Positions 39,307 to 49,423 of a stretch of DNA of 64,000 bases are shown one piece after another. This stretch comes from Candidatus Bathyarchaeia archaeon. Lineage in GTDB: Archaea; Thermoproteota; Bathyarchaeia; Bathyarchaeales; Bathycorpusculaceae. The position numbers and the translations under genes were made by a program. Positions within the stretch are counted from its first letter, which is position 1; each line of letters begins with the position of its first letter. The stretch spans positions 1-64,000 of the forward strand of contig JAVZNC010000005.1 of the NCBI GenBank assembly GCA_038882955.1. The letters run 5' to 3'. The notes beneath the pieces are model-generated. The model was not told the origin of the DNA. It searched no databases and was given only the letters and a program-made list of their open reading frames with translations.

Positions 39307-39639
39307 TTATGCATTTCGCATTAGAAGCTTAACGTGGCTTACGAAGTCATATTCCTCATTTACCTTTTCCAGTTCTAGTCTGCGCAGCAAACCATAGCTT
39401 GAGTATATGTCCTCCAAGATTTTACGTTCAACAACGTATGCTCCAGTGCTTAGAAAATCTTCAAGACCACGTGCGAAAACATCAATTTTTTCAGCTATTT
39501 CATCCCTTTTGACATTGTAGTTTGATTCCAAATACTTGTATATTAGGAGAGTTGCCTCTTCACCGAACACCTGCTTGAGGACGCGGTCTACAATCTTTGA
39601 TATTTTGTTTACTTTTTTGTTTTCCATGGTGTGCACCAC
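39307..39639 (-). CDS. Hypothetical all-helical protein (DUF3227-like)
   Basis: Pattern LKQVFGEEA..IY.YLE...F..GLE..L..GA.VVE. Confidence 0.6.
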   Translation of the reverse strand: MVHTMENKKVNKISKIVDRVLKQVFGEEATLLIYKYLESNYNVKRDEIAEKIDVFARGLEDFLSTGAYVVERKILEDIYSSYGLLRRLELEKVNEEYDFVSHVKLLMRNA

Positions 39640-39725
39640 GCTATTATCGTGTATATTACGACTTTATAAGTCTTGTCGTATACTCGCTCGACACACATAC
39701 ACAACAAAAACATGAAAGAAGAGGC

Positions 39726-41030
39726 TTACATGAAGTCTGTAAGATTCATCTGTTGAACTCTTTGAGAAGCAGTTCTCTCTTGCGCAGTTTCATCAAAAAT
39801 CACGAGTTGTCCGTAAACCCCATCATATCCAGGTATAACCTTTACATTTCCTTCTCTTACGCGGACTATTGCCTCGGCGATGCTTGTGTCAGTAACTTCC
39901 TTTAGGAGCTCCTTCGGTGCATCAATTAACACGCAGTACTCGTCCCCAAACTTTTCTACAAGCTTGTTGTAGATGCTCCAAACCTGCTGCGCAGAAGGAG
40001 AATCAACTCCTAGCACAGTTGCAATAATCTCGGAAAGCGGTAGCAAATGTTTAAAGCCAATGGCGCCGTCTGGTCTAAATCCATAAGGGCGGTCAGCAAG
40101 CTCCTCCACACGTTGTTCAACGCCCTTCGTGAGCTTTCTACGGCAGACAGGGCAAGTGTTGCCTAGTTTTATTGCTTCTTGTGGGGCTAGGGATACTCTG
40201 CAGTTTCTGTGTCCGGTCCAATGGTACTTCCCGTAGGCGGGGTCTGTTTCAATCGTAAACTTGAAGCGTTTGGCATCCTTCATTCGTATAGCGTCTAAAA
40301 TCTCATGGTAGCTTGGTTTTTCAATTTCGAAGACATTGGCTTCTCTGCCTATTCGCCATGGCCAAAAACTGTGGCTGTCGCTGTTTGATACTAGAGCGAA
40401 CTTGTCGAGTTTGCTTAGACGCCAGTTCATCGGCGGGTCTGAAGATAATCCCGTTTCCAAAGCGTGAATGTGTCTTGTCATGTCTTGGTAGCATTCTTCG
40501 ATGCTGTTGAAGCCGCTAAAGGCGCCGAATACGCTGAACCACGGTGTCCAAGCGTGCGCTGGAAAGACCATGTTTTCGCTTGATATTTCCATAACTTCTT
40601 CTACTAAATGCGGCGCATCCATGTTCAGTGTTGGTCTGCCGTCAATGGCCAAGTCGCCGTAATTCGCTAGTCTGTCGTTGATTTGGGTGGCTGTTTCGAT
40701 GTTCGGCGTTAGAATTACATGGTGAACCTTTTTGACTTCATTTTCGTACATGAATATTGTGCTTACTTCAGTTGTTATCATGAAGTATACTGGAAACTCG
40801 GGGTTTTTTGCAACTCTGTACAAGCTTGTGTCAGGTTCGGGAGTCAACGCTTCTCGAAGTTCTTCCAGCCATTTCGGGTGTGTAAAGTCACCTGTTCCCA
40901 CAAGGTTTAAACCTTTTATTTTCGCGAATTTTGCAATCTCTTCGATGCACATTCTTTGGCTTGTAGCGCGGCTATATCTGCCGTGAATGTGTAGGTCAGC
41001 TATAATTCTCATGTTTCCGATTAACTCCAT
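39726..41030 (-). CDS. Endonuclease Q family PHP phosphoesterase (TIGR00375-like)
   Basis: Motifs ADLHIH..YSRATS, GTGD, PAHAWTPW, ETGLSSD, NSDSHS, GKYH and CPVC. The C-terminus is PIP-like (QMNLTDFM). Confidence 0.9.
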   Translation of the reverse strand: MELIGNMRIIADLHIHGRYSRATSQRMCIEEIAKFAKIKGLNLVGTGDFTHPKWLEELREALTPEPDTSLYRVAKNPEFPVYFMITTEVSTIFMYENEVKKVHHVILTPNIETATQINDRLANYGDLAIDGRPTLNMDAPHLVEEVMEISSENMVFPAHAWTPWFSVFGAFSGFNSIEECYQDMTRHIHALETGLSSDPPMNWRLSKLDKFALVSNSDSHSFWPWRIGREANVFEIEKPSYHEILDAIRMKDAKRFKFTIETDPAYGKYHWTGHRNCRVSLAPQEAIKLGNTCPVCRRKLTKGVEQRVEELADRPYGFRPDGAIGFKHLLPLSEIIATVLGVDSPSAQQVWSIYNKLVEKFGDEYCVLIDAPKELLKEVTDTSIAEAIVRVREGNVKVIPGYDGVYGQLVIFDETAQERTASQRVQQMNLTDFM

Positions 41031-41080
41031 ATCTTTTAAGGTATTAATTTTACTTGCGCTTGGCGCGAATCAGAAACTTT

Positions 41081-42493
41081 TTATGTGCTTTGAACTGCTT
41101 TTCTTTTGATTACTGCTTCAGTCCAGTTTCCATATTTTATCCAGAGCATTGCTATTGCTCCCCCAACAATATTGCTTAGGGATATGGCTAGCCACGCTCC
41201 AATTGAACCCATTTCAAAGGTGAAAGCCATCAAATAGCCCAAGGCGAGCCTTATTCCCCAAAGGCGCGTTACTCCTAGTGTTGTTGGGAAAAGTGTGTGT
41301 CCGGAGCCTCTTCCAGTGGACATGGCGACTATGAATAGTCCGAAAAATGGAAGTGTGGGCAGCAATGTCTGCAAGAAAAGGTCGGTTTCATTTAGCATGC
41401 TCGGGTCTTCTGTGAAGGCGTCAGCCACATTCCTTCTGATAGGGTACAGAATGCTTGCGCTTACCAACATAACTGTGAAGATTACTAGGGCTGTTTTTAA
41501 GGCGACTTCCCTAGCCCTTTTGCGGTTATCAGCTCCTAAGCTTTGTCCAACCATTATTGCCGTAGCTCCGCTTAAGCCCCAAAGTGCAGCATCGACAATA
41601 TCCATTATTACGAAGCCTATGGAGAAAGCTGTAGCTGCCACTATGCCAAGCATGTTAATAATCTTGAGCTGTATCAGAAAGGCGAAGCCGTTTGTTAAAC
41701 CCAAAGCCAAAACTGGCAAGCATATGCGAAGTACTAAGCGAATCCAGCTGGCACTTATGTCTCTGGTGAATTTCACTTTGATGTCTGGATAATGCTCTCT
41801 GAGGATGTATGCCAAAGCGCTTGCTGAAATTATTTTTCCCATAACATCTGTTATGGATGCGCCTACAACGCCAAGCTTTGGGAATGGACCTATGCCTAGC
41901 ACGAGGAACGGGTCGAGAATTAGGTTTATGCCGACGGCAATGCCGTTTACAATTGCTGGTCTTCTGGTGTCTCCTACGCTCTGCAGCAGTGTTGTGAAGG
42001 TTAGAGATATGTAATTGAAGAAGATGTCAAATGCGATTATGCCAGAATACGTCATCAAATCATCAAAAATATCCGCTGGTGTGGACATAAAAGTGAAAAT
42101 AGCACCTCTAAACGCTAGAAGTGAGAAGCTTAGGACTGCCCCAGAAATAAAAGATAATGTGAAAAAGCGTGAAGCAGCTCTACTTGCATCATCGTAATCC
42201 TTGTTTCCAACATACTGCGAAACTATGCCCAGGCTCGCGGCTGTTAAAGCCATCAAAAGCGCTTGAAAAAGCACTATAACAGGCCACATCTGCCTTGGAA
42301 TAGCCACCGCTACGTCACTGTAAACGCTTAGCCAGTAGGCATCGGCAAGATTGTAAGCCACAACTATGATTTGATTTATAAGCGGGGGGACACCCAACCA
42401 AAAGAAAGTGCGGATTATGGGGCCATTTACAATTTTGTCTCTGTACTTGCTTATTGGGCGAATCTCTGGCAGCTCTTCAGCTTCTTCAGACAT
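41081..42493 (-). CDS. MATE-family efflux transporter
   Basis: 12-TM pattern with AYNLADAYW, GDTRRP, INLILDPF and GQSLGA. Confidence 0.92.
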   Translation of the reverse strand: MSEEAEELPEIRPISKYRDKIVNGPIIRTFFWLGVPPLINQIIVVAYNLADAYWLSVYSDVAVAIPRQMWPVIVLFQALLMALTAASLGIVSQYVGNKDYDDASRAASRFFTLSFISGAVLSFSLLAFRGAIFTFMSTPADIFDDLMTYSGIIAFDIFFNYISLTFTTLLQSVGDTRRPAIVNGIAVGINLILDPFLVLGIGPFPKLGVVGASITDVMGKIISASALAYILREHYPDIKVKFTRDISASWIRLVLRICLPVLALGLTNGFAFLIQLKIINMLGIVAATAFSIGFVIMDIVDAALWGLSGATAIMVGQSLGADNRKRAREVALKTALVIFTVMLVSASILYPIRRNVADAFTEDPSMLNETDLFLQTLLPTLPFFGLFIVAMSTGRGSGHTLFPTTLGVTRLWGIRLALGYLMAFTFEMGSIGAWLAISLSNIVGGAIAMLWIKYGNWTEAVIKRKAVQST

Positions 42494-42543
42494 AGAACCT
42501 TCTGGATTTTAAACACAACCATAAAAGCTTTTCTTAAGGTACA

Positions 42544-43170
42544 TCATCTACTAGGCTGCTCGGTTTCTTTCGTTTTACGTCTCTTGAAGATTAGGGTTAT
42601 ATCAACTTTCAACAGCAAAACCGTTACTATTATTGTGAATATTATTGAGGCGATTACCAGCGCTTCTTGGCTTATAAAAGGCGCAAGTTGTTCTTGAGCC
42701 GTATTTCCAAGGTAGGCTCCAATCACGGATATTAGCAGCTTTCCAATAAAGTATGGCACAAAAAACTTGACTGGATTATATTTCAAAAGTCCTAATGGTA
42801 CAATAACGGGCTCGTCTGGAAGCGGTGATGCGGCAACAATAAAAAGCGCCAGAAAAGCCCAGTGTTTAATTTTTGTTCCAGTTGTGTTGAGGCGTGTTCT
42901 TCGTTCTTCGCCTATGAAGCCGCTGATGAAAAATGTTACAGCGTAATGGATGGACTTTGCTAGGGCTGAGCCCAGGGCGACAAGAAAGCCTATGGTAAAC
43001 GGGTCAGCGTTTACAAGTAAAGCCATGTTTGCGGCGATCAGCATGTTGGATGGTCCAGTGAAGGGTATAATGTTCAAAACGAATGAGGTGGCTAGTATGC
43101 CTAGAAGCTCGTACAGAGCAGCCAACAGTTCTACCTCATCTCTTAACAAACAAAAATTATAAATCATCAT
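42544..43170 (-). CDS. DedA/VTT-like membrane protein
   Basis: Hydrophobic, with NIIPF.GP, ASPLPDE and GK motifs. The start is uncertain. Confidence 0.7.
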   Translation of the reverse strand: MMIYNFCLLRDEVELLAALYELLGILATSFVLNIIPFTGPSNMLIAANMALLVNADPFTIGFLVALGSALAKSIHYAVTFFISGFIGEERRTRLNTTGTKIKHWAFLALFIVAASPLPDEPVIVPLGLLKYNPVKFFVPYFIGKLLISVIGAYLGNTAQEQLAPFISQEALVIASIIFTIIVTVLLLKVDITLIFKRRKTKETEQPSR

Positions 43171-43230
43171 TTAAAGATGTAGGTATTCCGTATCTGCCTA
43201 ACAGAAATGTAACCATTAAGGGGCGTTAAT

Positions 43231-43758
43231 TTGTCAACTAAAAAAGAGCAGATTTGGATAGCCCGAGACCTATCAAAGTGTAGCGGCTGTAGAAGATGCG
43301 AAATCGTCTGTTCGCTTTTCCATGAAAAACGCATTTGGCCTGAAGCTTCCAGAATAAGGGTTTTTATGCTTGTTCCGGGCACTGATTTTCCACATTTCTG
43401 TGTGCAATGTGAGGATTATCCATGTGTGCAAGCTTGTCCAGTTAAGGCGTTGTCGGTGAGCGAACAAACTGGCGCTGTTTTGGTTGATAGAGAATCTTGC
43501 ATTGCTTGTGGGCAGTGTTTTGAGGCTTGTCCTGGAAGGATTCCGCACATGCATCCCACAGAAGATTACATACTCATCTGTGATTTATGTGGTGGAGATC
43601 CTCAATGCGTTAAGGTTTGCCAAGAAGGTTCGTGGAACGTTCTGCGCGTTGTTTCCAGAGGGGATTACGCATATAGGCTTTATGCTCGCAAGCCAGAAGA
43701 AATAGCGCGAAGCTTAGCTGTCAAAATTTATGGGGAGAAGGGGGAAAGGTTCCTATGA
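43231..43758 (+). CDS. Polyferredoxin subunit (WOR5 small-subunit-like)
   Basis: Motifs CSGCRRCEIVCS..HE..IWPEASRIRVF, CVQCEDYPCVQACP and ICDLCGGDPQC. Confidence 0.9.
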   Translation: MSTKKEQIWIARDLSKCSGCRRCEIVCSLFHEKRIWPEASRIRVFMLVPGTDFPHFCVQCEDYPCVQACPVKALSVSEQTGAVLVDRESCIACGQCFEACPGRIPHMHPTEDYILICDLCGGDPQCVKVCQEGSWNVLRVVSRGDYAYRLYARKPEEIARSLAVKIYGEKGERFL

Positions 43759-45623
43759 TTTTGGGTTATGCTGGAAAATTTTTGGAAGTCAACCTTTCAA
43801 CTGGAGAAATTAAAGAAACAAGGTTTAGCGACGATGTTTTAAGGGATTACGTTGGCGGTAGAGGCTTAGCGGCAAAAATTTTGTGGGATAGGTTGGGCGG
43901 CAAATGGGAAACCGTTAACCCGCTTGGACAAGAAAACATTTTGCTATTTTTAACTGGACCGCTTACGGGTCTCTTCCCAGGCGGTAGAATCTGCGTTTCT
44001 GGGAAGTCTCCCCAAAGCAATGGCGTTGTTGGTTCAACAGTCGGCGGAGAGTTTGGCGTTGAGTTAAAATGTGCCGGTTATGACGGTATAATAGTGGCTG
44101 GGGAAGCGGAAAAACCCTCCTACTTATTCGTTAAGGACGGAGACGCTGAGATTAGGGACGCATCTCATGTTTGGGGCAAAGACGCGAAGCAAACAGTCGC
44201 AATCTTAACAAGGGAATGCAGAGGGCTTTTGAATAAGCGTTTTCCAAAGAAGGGCGAATGGAAAGAACCAGCCATCCTATACATTGGTCCAGCTGGAGAA
44301 AACAAGGTTCGCACAGCTGTTGTTGCGGCTAAATGGACGCATGCAGCGGGTTATGGCGGTTATGGCGCAGTTATGGGTTCCAAAAAACTTAAGGCAATAG
44401 CTGTTAAGGGCAGTGGACCGCTTCCAGAAGTTGCGGACATGGAAAAAGTAAAGGAGCTAATGCAAGCAGTGTGCAATGATGTTTATGAGAGTGAGCTTTG
44501 GAGGCGATGGGGAACTGGTTCAGCCGGCTACGAGGTTGGTGCAAAAACAAGTTCAGAGCCTGTTAGAAATTGGCAGGAGGAGTGGCATGACGAGAAAAGC
44601 TTTGGCGTTGACCAGTTTGAGAGCCGTGTTTGGGTTAAGCCTTACTGGGGAGATTTTGGGTGTCCAACAACATGTCTGAAACTTGCCGTAGTGAAAACTG
44701 GAAAGTTTAAGGACGCGATAACAGATAATCCAGACTACGAGTTGCAAGCCTATCTTGGTCCAAACTTGGGCATTTTCACTCCAGAAGAAAACGTGTTTTT
44801 GGCTTCGCTTATTGATGATTTGGGACTTTGTGGAATACAAACTGGAAATGTCATGGGATTTGCGGCAGAGCTTTTCCAGAGGGGCATATTAACAAAGGAT
44901 GACTTGAATGGCTTAGAGCTTAAGTGGGGCGACGCCGAAGCCTTCGCAGCTTTAGCCAAGAAAATTGCTTTTCGAGAAGGTATAGGCGGCCTGCTGGCTG
45001 AGGGAACCTATCGCGCAGCATTGAAAATTCAAGAAATGAAAGGAACTGATGTTTTACGGTATGCTGTTCAATGTAAGGGCATAGGTATAGGCGCTCATGG
45101 AATCCGAAGCGGAAAGGATTATCCAGAAAGCTATTCTTACGCGTGTTCAGTTCAGGGAGGAGACCACACATCAACCGCTTGTCTTCCGCTGGAGGATTTC
45201 AGAAGCGAGCTTGCAATGACATTTAACGATTCTGCAGTGTACTGCTACTTCAACATTTTCGGAATACCACGCGGCTTAAAATTCGAATTTTACAAGGCAG
45301 TCACAGGCATAGAACTAACACAAGAAGAATGGATTAACACGAAAGCCTTGCGAATACTTCAACTGCAAAGGGCAATGCTGCTTCTCGGCGGACCAGACCT
45401 AAAATGGAACCCGAAAATACATGATTTAAACCCGCCAAGATTCTATGAACCGCTGCCGTCTGGACCATACAAAGGAAAAGCCGCTGGCAAGGCGGAGGTT
45501 GATGCGGAAATTAAGCGATATTATGAGGCTGTCGGCTGGGACGAGAACGGCATTCCAAAAAGCGAAACGCTTAGAAAACTTGGCTTGGACGATGTTGACA
45601 AGGCTTTGGAAAAACTGCGCTGA
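43755..45623 (+). CDS. Tungsten oxidoreductase, WOR5-like
   Basis: Motifs GGRGLAA, YIGPAGE, HAAGYGGYGAVMGSKKLKA and PDYE. It has GDFGCPTTC in place of CxxCxxxC. Confidence 0.88.
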   Translation: MILGYAGKFLEVNLSTGEIKETRFSDDVLRDYVGGRGLAAKILWDRLGGKWETVNPLGQENILLFLTGPLTGLFPGGRICVSGKSPQSNGVVGSTVGGEFGVELKCAGYDGIIVAGEAEKPSYLFVKDGDAEIRDASHVWGKDAKQTVAILTRECRGLLNKRFPKKGEWKEPAILYIGPAGENKVRTAVVAAKWTHAAGYGGYGAVMGSKKLKAIAVKGSGPLPEVADMEKVKELMQAVCNDVYESELWRRWGTGSAGYEVGAKTSSEPVRNWQEEWHDEKSFGVDQFESRVWVKPYWGDFGCPTTCLKLAVVKTGKFKDAITDNPDYELQAYLGPNLGIFTPEENVFLASLIDDLGLCGIQTGNVMGFAAELFQRGILTKDDLNGLELKWGDAEAFAALAKKIAFREGIGGLLAEGTYRAALKIQEMKGTDVLRYAVQCKGIGIGAHGIRSGKDYPESYSYACSVQGGDHTSTACLPLEDFRSELAMTFNDSAVYCYFNIFGIPRGLKFEFYKAVTGIELTQEEWINTKALRILQLQRAMLLLGGPDLKWNPKIHDLNPPRFYEPLPSGPYKGKAAGKAEVDAEIKRYYEAVGWDENGIPKSETLRKLGLDDVDKALEKLR

Positions 45624-45705
45624 AAATCACACTTTTGGAGTAAAAATCAACCCTGCCCTCTGGGTTTTCAACAGTCAATTTATGCTGGTGAATTGTGTTA
45701 AATTC

Positions 45706-45735
45706 GATACCCCCTCTAGATTTTCAGTTGCAAAA
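45706..45735. repeat. Dispersed intergenic repeat, copy B
   Basis: GATACCCCCTCTAGATTTTCAGTTGCAAAA; the core matches copy A at 18 of 21 positions. Confidence 0.55.
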
Positions 45736-45736
45736 G

Positions 45737-46345
45737 TTAGGTGGTTATGCGAATAACTCTTGTAGGCGTAACAATTAGCGATACTTTCTCGTCTTTTTCC
45801 TCGAATGGAACAGCTTCAACAACTTGTATGTCGTGTACGGTTGTTGCTATTGGGATTTCTCCAAACATCCTTTTTAGGATGGCTATTTCTGTGTCGCCGT
45901 AGCCATGTCCCTTCCCAAGCCTATGCCCATACACGTCAACAGCCACTGAACCCTCAACTATCAGGTCTGGTTTTGGAAAAGATTGTGTTTCTACGCCGAG
46001 CTCGAATGCGCCTTTGATGGTTGAGGCGAAACGCTCCTTTCCTCGCACTTTCGCTGGTTCGATTAGGATGAAGCCTCGTGCAAGCCTCGGGGAAGCCATT
46101 ATCAGCGTTTTCCCGTCCAGCAGCGCGTTTTCTCTAACCTTCTGTTGAGGCGAATCTGGATTTGCGAATATCACTTTTGCTTTTTTCCACTCGCTCACTT
46201 GGCACAGTTTTTCAGCCGCTGCTGACGCGCCTAAAAAGTTTGGGATTCGTCCCCTACAAGGTTTGGGGAAGGTGGCTATTCCTCTACGTTCCATTTCACT
46301 CCAAATTTTCTCGCGTAACTGCTGTTTTTTCTGGGCTATGCTCAT
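45737..46345 (-). CDS. 5-formyltetrahydrofolate cyclo-ligase family protein
   Basis: Motifs GRIPNF, NPDSPQ, GSVAVD..GHRLGKGHGYGD.E and TTVHDIQ. Confidence 0.9.
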   Translation of the reverse strand: MSIAQKKQQLREKIWSEMERRGIATFPKPCRGRIPNFLGASAAAEKLCQVSEWKKAKVIFANPDSPQQKVRENALLDGKTLIMASPRLARGFILIEPAKVRGKERFASTIKGAFELGVETQSFPKPDLIVEGSVAVDVYGHRLGKGHGYGDTEIAILKRMFGEIPIATTVHDIQVVEAVPFEEKDEKVSLIVTPTRVIRITT

Positions 46346-46373
46346 TAGTGAACATCTGAAAAAATGAGGGATT

Positions 46374-47573
46374 TTAGATTATTCCCAGTTTTTTGCCGCC
46401 TTCTTTGAATGCGTCTAGGGCTCTGTCAAGCTGTTCGCGTGTGTGTTTCGTGCAGACTTGAACTCTTATTCTGGCTTTGTCTCTTGCCACCATTGGATAG
46501 AAGATTGGCAGTACGAATATGCCCTTAGACCATAAGTAATCCGCCAAGTCCTTCGCCGCTTTGCTTCGCCCACACATCACTGGAATTATGGGCGTCTCAG
46601 TGTTTCCAGTGTCAAAGCCAGCGTCCTGCAATCCCTCAAGAAGGTGGTTGCGGTTCTCCCACACGCGTCTAACATGTTGCGGTTCCGTTTCCAAAACGTC
46701 TATAGCTGCGATGCATGCGGCGGCAACGCCAGGCGGGACGGCGCCGCTTAGAAGCCAGCTTCTGGCTTTGTTGTAGGCAAAGTTGCGTAAGTCTTCGCCT
46801 CCAGTTATGTGTCCGCCTATGACGCCGAAGGCTTTTGAGAAAGTGCCCATTTCAACGTGAACCTCATCGCGTGAGAGTTTATAATGGTTGACTATGCCTC
46901 TTCCGCCTTCTCCTAATACTCCTTCTCCATGTGCGTCGTCAACGTAAACTCCAGCGCCGTGTTCTTTGGCGACTTTCGCTATTTCCCGCAAAGGCGCAGT
47001 GTCGCCGTCCATGCTGAAAACTCCGTCTGTCAATATCCAAATTTGCTTGTACGGCGGGTCGTGTTTTTCAGCCTCTTCTAAAACGCGGGCTAGGTCTTCA
47101 ACGTCCTTATGCTTGTATATTGCCCTATCAGCGTGGCTTAGGCGTACACCATCAATTATTGAGCCGTGGTTCAATTCGTCTGAAACGAAGAGGTCTCCCT
47201 TGTCGGCGAGTTGCGGTATAACCCCCTCATTAGCCATAAAACCCGTCTGAAAAGTTAACGATGCTGGAGCATTCTTGAATTTTGCAAGTCTGCGGTCAAG
47301 CTCCTCGTGGAGGCTCATGTTGCCCGCAATTGAGCGGTCGCTTCCTGCACCTGCGCCGTATTTTCTTGTTGCTTCTATCATTGCTTCAACAACTTTTGGA
47401 TGTGTTGCCAAGTTTAGGTAGTTGTTTGCGCAGAGCATCAGAACCTCTTTGCCGTCGACTATGCATATTGGCTCGCTTGCGCTTTCCAAAACTTTGAGTT
47501 CCCAGTTTAGGTTTTCGCGAACCAAGCGCTGGTATTCTTCGCCTAAATATTTTGTTGGATGACGCTTAATCAT
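46374..47573 (-). CDS. kbl: Glycine C-acetyltransferase (2-amino-3-ketobutyrate CoA ligase)
   Basis: Motifs ANNYLNL, SDELNHGSIIDG, DGVFSMDG, DDAHG and GTFSKAFG. It is adjacent to threonine dehydrogenase. Confidence 0.85.
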   Translation of the reverse strand: MIKRHPTKYLGEEYQRLVRENLNWELKVLESASEPICIVDGKEVLMLCANNYLNLATHPKVVEAMIEATRKYGAGAGSDRSIAGNMSLHEELDRRLAKFKNAPASLTFQTGFMANEGVIPQLADKGDLFVSDELNHGSIIDGVRLSHADRAIYKHKDVEDLARVLEEAEKHDPPYKQIWILTDGVFSMDGDTAPLREIAKVAKEHGAGVYVDDAHGEGVLGEGGRGIVNHYKLSRDEVHVEMGTFSKAFGVIGGHITGGEDLRNFAYNKARSWLLSGAVPPGVAAACIAAIDVLETEPQHVRRVWENRNHLLEGLQDAGFDTGNTETPIIPVMCGRSKAAKDLADYLWSKGIFVLPIFYPMVARDKARIRVQVCTKHTREQLDRALDAFKEGGKKLGII

Positions 47574-47647
47574 AACATGTTCACCTTACAAAAGAGAGTT
47601 TGCACAGAAGCTCTTTTAACGTTTCCTATGCGGCGAACAACGTTTCA

Positions 47648-48637
47648 CTATGCCAAATTTGCGGCTAGCTTCTTTGACAACTTCTCAATCATATCCCTAG
47701 TCATAGAAGCCAAATCATACTTTGGGTTCCAACCCCAATCCCTACGGGCTAGGCTATCATCAATAGTCATGGGCCAAGAGTCCGCAATTTTCTGCCTAAA
47801 GTCTGGTTTGTACTCGCATTCGAATTCTGGAATATGCTTCTTAATTTCCGCTGCAAGCTCCCCAGCAGAAAAACTCATAGCCGTCACGTTGTAGCTTGTG
47901 CGGCAACTAATCCTTTCATGTTCTGTTTCCATAAGCTTGATTGCGGCGTTTATGCAGTCTGGCATATACATCATGGGCAAAATGGTGTCTTTACGCACAA
48001 AACACGTGTAGCGCTTATGCCTAATCGCCTCATAAAAAATCTCCACAGCATAGTCCGTTGTTCCGCCTCCTGGAGGTGTTTCGCTGCTTATGATGCCTGG
48101 ATAACGCACACTGCGCACATCCAAGCCGAAACGTTGAAAATAATAGTTGCATAAAAGCTCGCCCGCAACTTTCGAAACTCCATAAATTGTTCTTGGAATC
48201 AGAATGGTGTTTTGCGGAGTTTTTATTCGTGGAGCTTCTGGACCGAAAACCGCGATTGAGCTTGGCCAGAAAACTTGTAGGCGGAATTCCCTTGCAACTT
48301 CAAGTATGTTATAAAGTCCGTCCATGTTTATGTGCCATGCAAGCTGCGGGTTTTCCTCACCAGTCGCCGAAAGAACAGCCGCCAAATGATAAACCGTGTC
48401 TATGTCATATTCTTTTACGACTTTTTTTATGTTTTCCCTATCTGTAACGTCAGCATAAACGAATGGTCCAGAAGACAAGAGCTTATCGCTTGGCTTTCGC
48501 CTATGTCCAACAGCCACGACGTTTTCGTTGCCATATCTTTCACGAAGCGCCTCTGTAAGTTCGGAGCCTATTTGCCCAGTTGCCCCAGTGACCAAAACCC
48601 TTTTAGTGCCCTTTTTTGTCATTGGTTTACCTCGCAT
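47648..48637 (-). CDS. tdh: L-threonine 3-dehydrogenase (extended SDR type)
   Basis: Motifs GATGQIG, LSATGE, PSSIAVFG, YGVSK, PGGGTTDYAV and RQKIADSWP. Confidence 0.88.
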   Translation of the reverse strand: MRGKPMTKKGTKRVLVTGATGQIGSELTEALRERYGNENVVAVGHRRKPSDKLLSSGPFVYADVTDRENIKKVVKEYDIDTVYHLAAVLSATGEENPQLAWHINMDGLYNILEVAREFRLQVFWPSSIAVFGPEAPRIKTPQNTILIPRTIYGVSKVAGELLCNYYFQRFGLDVRSVRYPGIISSETPPGGGTTDYAVEIFYEAIRHKRYTCFVRKDTILPMMYMPDCINAAIKLMETEHERISCRTSYNVTAMSFSAGELAAEIKKHIPEFECEYKPDFRQKIADSWPMTIDDSLARRDWGWNPKYDLASMTRDMIEKLSKKLAANLA

Positions 48638-48692
48638 TTAGACGGGAGAACAAGTTTAAAATTTCAATGCATATAAGAATTTTCAGAGAAAA

Positions 48693-49325
48693 TCACGGTT
48701 TGGCATGCTCTAGTTGGCGAAGCAGTTCATCAATTGGCTTCTGGTGAAAGTCAACCTTCAAGCTCAAAACCACTTGCTTAGCATTTACAACAATAATTGC
48801 CGCGGAGCGCTCCCCACGCTTGTCTCCGCCAGCCTCGCTTCCAGCTTTTAATGCTTCAACAAGCCTTAAAGCGAAAGCGCTTTGAGAATTCTCAAAGCTT
48901 TCAATCATCTTGTTCACCACTTCGCTCTTTGCGAGCAGGTTTCCAATAGCAACGCAATTCTCTTTAACAATTTCAGCCCAGCATTCTGGAACATCTTTTC
49001 CAGTGAAAACTGCCTTCCGCTTTTGAAAGTCAATGATCGCCACTTGCCGCAAATCCCGTTCTGCATCTTTAGCCAAAAGGGCATCTAACGCCTCTTTTGG
49101 AGAAAAACCCCTCGCGAGCAAATCTAGCCCCTTAACACCATATATGACATTCGTGTATGCTTGAGTGGCAATTACGCCTATGCTGGGCTTTGCGTGTGGA
49201 ACTCTGTCGCCAACAGACGTTGAACCCGAAGCAACAGCCACGCCCATAAGTTTTTCGTCACTTGACATTGCAAGAATCGAAAATGTCCCATTAATTTTTT
49301 TGGAACTGGAATTTGTTGTCTGCAA
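48693..49325 (-). CDS. DUF1028 / Ntn-hydrolase-like protein
   Basis: Motifs TFSI, GVAVAS, IATQAYTN, RQVA and GGDKRGERSAA. Confidence 0.85.
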   Translation of the reverse strand: MQTTNSSSKKINGTFSILAMSSDEKLMGVAVASGSTSVGDRVPHAKPSIGVIATQAYTNVIYGVKGLDLLARGFSPKEALDALLAKDAERDLRQVAIIDFQKRKAVFTGKDVPECWAEIVKENCVAIGNLLAKSEVVNKMIESFENSQSAFALRLVEALKAGSEAGGDKRGERSAAIIVVNAKQVVLSLKVDFHQKPIDELLRQLEHAKP

Positions 49326-49423
49326 CTTTATTTTCGGCTCTCCCAGATTGTCTTAAACGTGGATATGCTAAAATAGTTTGCAGCGTAAACCAAACATGAG
49401 TTTTGGGGTGGTTGAAGAGAAAC

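Noticed and set aside
46374-47573. BioF (8-amino-7-oxononanoate synthase) assignment
   Set aside because: Adjacency to threonine dehydrogenase and the absence of biotin genes favour Kbl.
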